Program-made: the position numbers and the translations under genes
Assembly: GCA_002189035.1 (NCBI GenBank)
Contig: CM007989.1
Span: 3,224,001-3,288,000, forward strand
Reading direction: 5' to 3'
Length of the DNA: 64,000 nt
Source of the DNA: Utricularia gibba
Taxonomy: Eukaryota > Plantae > Magnoliophyta
The notes under the pieces: generated by a model
Database searches by the model: none
The model's input: only the letters and a program-made list of their open reading frames with translations
What the model was told of the DNA's origin: nothing
Shown here: positions 63,100 through 64,000 of the stretch, in pieces
How the letters are laid out: every line of letters starts with the position of its first letter
How positions within the stretch are numbered: position 1 is the first letter of the stretch

Positions 63100-63777
63100 C
63101 TTGCGTGTACAGTCGAGTAGTGTGTGATTTTGTGGGTTTGGGAAAAAGGAATACTACTACAATCACAAATAACAGTACTGCTTTAAAAACTGAGTGAGCG
63201 GTTTGAATGCTTTTTTATAACAAAATTGAGAAATTTTGCCATTGAAAAAAAACTAATAAATTGAATAAGATTTAATAATTTTTAATTATATGTTAAAAAT
63301 AAAAATTACCATTTAAATGAATTGAATTCATTTTTTAGTTTAACTATAAATTTCAAATTAATCAATAATTTTAAAACACTGCTTATGAATTTGAATAAAG
63401 TATCATAAAATAAAAAAAGAAGCATAATACCAATATTCCTATTAAATTACATTTTTAGTTTTCTAAAAACATAGATGAAAAATGATATCCTTTTAATAAG
63501 ATTTAAAAAATATTTATGTTGTATTGGGCTTTAATTTGCTGTGGCGCATCTTGTCATAATGGGTGGCCCAATCTAGTATGTTTTATTCACAAGCGGGGAC
63601 GTACCCCGTACACCTACTGAAAGTACGAACTATCCCGTCCGTATTCCCTGTGATTGTCCTCCACTTTCTGCTCCCCCTCTCCAACCTTTTGGTTCTTCTT
63701 CCAAGTTCGATACATTTCTTGGCTTCAATCTAGTATTCATCTCAAAACCGTCTTGGGATTTATGCCCTTAACGCTTA

Positions 63778-64000
63778 AAACCCTAGCTTTACTCCTCTGA
63801 AACTGCTTTATAATTTATACTTCATTGGCACAAGTTGGGGGCGTGCTGGGATTCGACAATTTTGCTCTTTTTAAGGTATGCTTCTCTTTTTGTTTGTGTA
63901 ATGGTGGATTTGGTGGGTTATGTCTGCTAGGTCATATGTGTCATTGATTGTGGGAATGTAGGAAGGGCTGGTAACACAAGCTAGGATCTATGGTTATTTT
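63778..64000 (+). other. Probable 5' UTR and first intron of a gene continuing beyond the window
   Basis: Pyrimidine-rich leader, telo-box AAACCCTAG (63778-63786) and strong donor AAG|GTATGC at 63876, followed by T-rich sequence. Confidence 0.35.

Noticed and set aside
63196-63430. Possible Tourist-like MITE after FRO
   Set aside because: Only weak partial inverted ends in AT-rich DNA, with no TSD and no second copy in the window.

Overview
Gene-dense eudicot nuclear DNA with short introns (mostly 80-100 nt); the species cannot be determined from the sequence. About 15 recognisable intron-containing or single-exon genes, in order: 3' part of NUP214, an AED3-like aspartic protease, MYB46/83, a CLASSY3/4-type SNF2 remodeller, DUF538, NF-YC1-like, CBSCBSPB, HIPP, a divergent MORC, an RluA-type pseudouridine synthase, TIM8, LCB2, an Atos/FAM214-like gene, OCTOPUS-like and FRO. 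Also present: a decayed Ty1/copia element (Ivana-like) with a tRNA-Leu rather than tRNA-iMet primer site and a truncated 3' LTR, a second LTR-like segment, two copies of an AT-rich MITE-like repeat, and three orphan gene fragments (GC6/USO1, DHHC acyltransferase, PDH-E1beta). Eight host genes carry -1 frameshifts, mostly in short G/C runs, including the conserved housekeeping genes NUP214 and LCB2. This points to long-read consensus errors rather than pseudogenisation. Best leads: an unannotated ~89-aa CxxC-x11-CxxC protein hidden by such a frameshift, the Leu-primed copia sitting ~600 bp upstream of a divergent MORC, a tandem exon duplication in NUP214, and a candidate U12 intron. No tRNA, rRNA or CRISPR features were found. 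I found no clearly new multi-gene system; the silencing-related hypotheses are inference. All homology calls are from recalled family motifs, not database searches.
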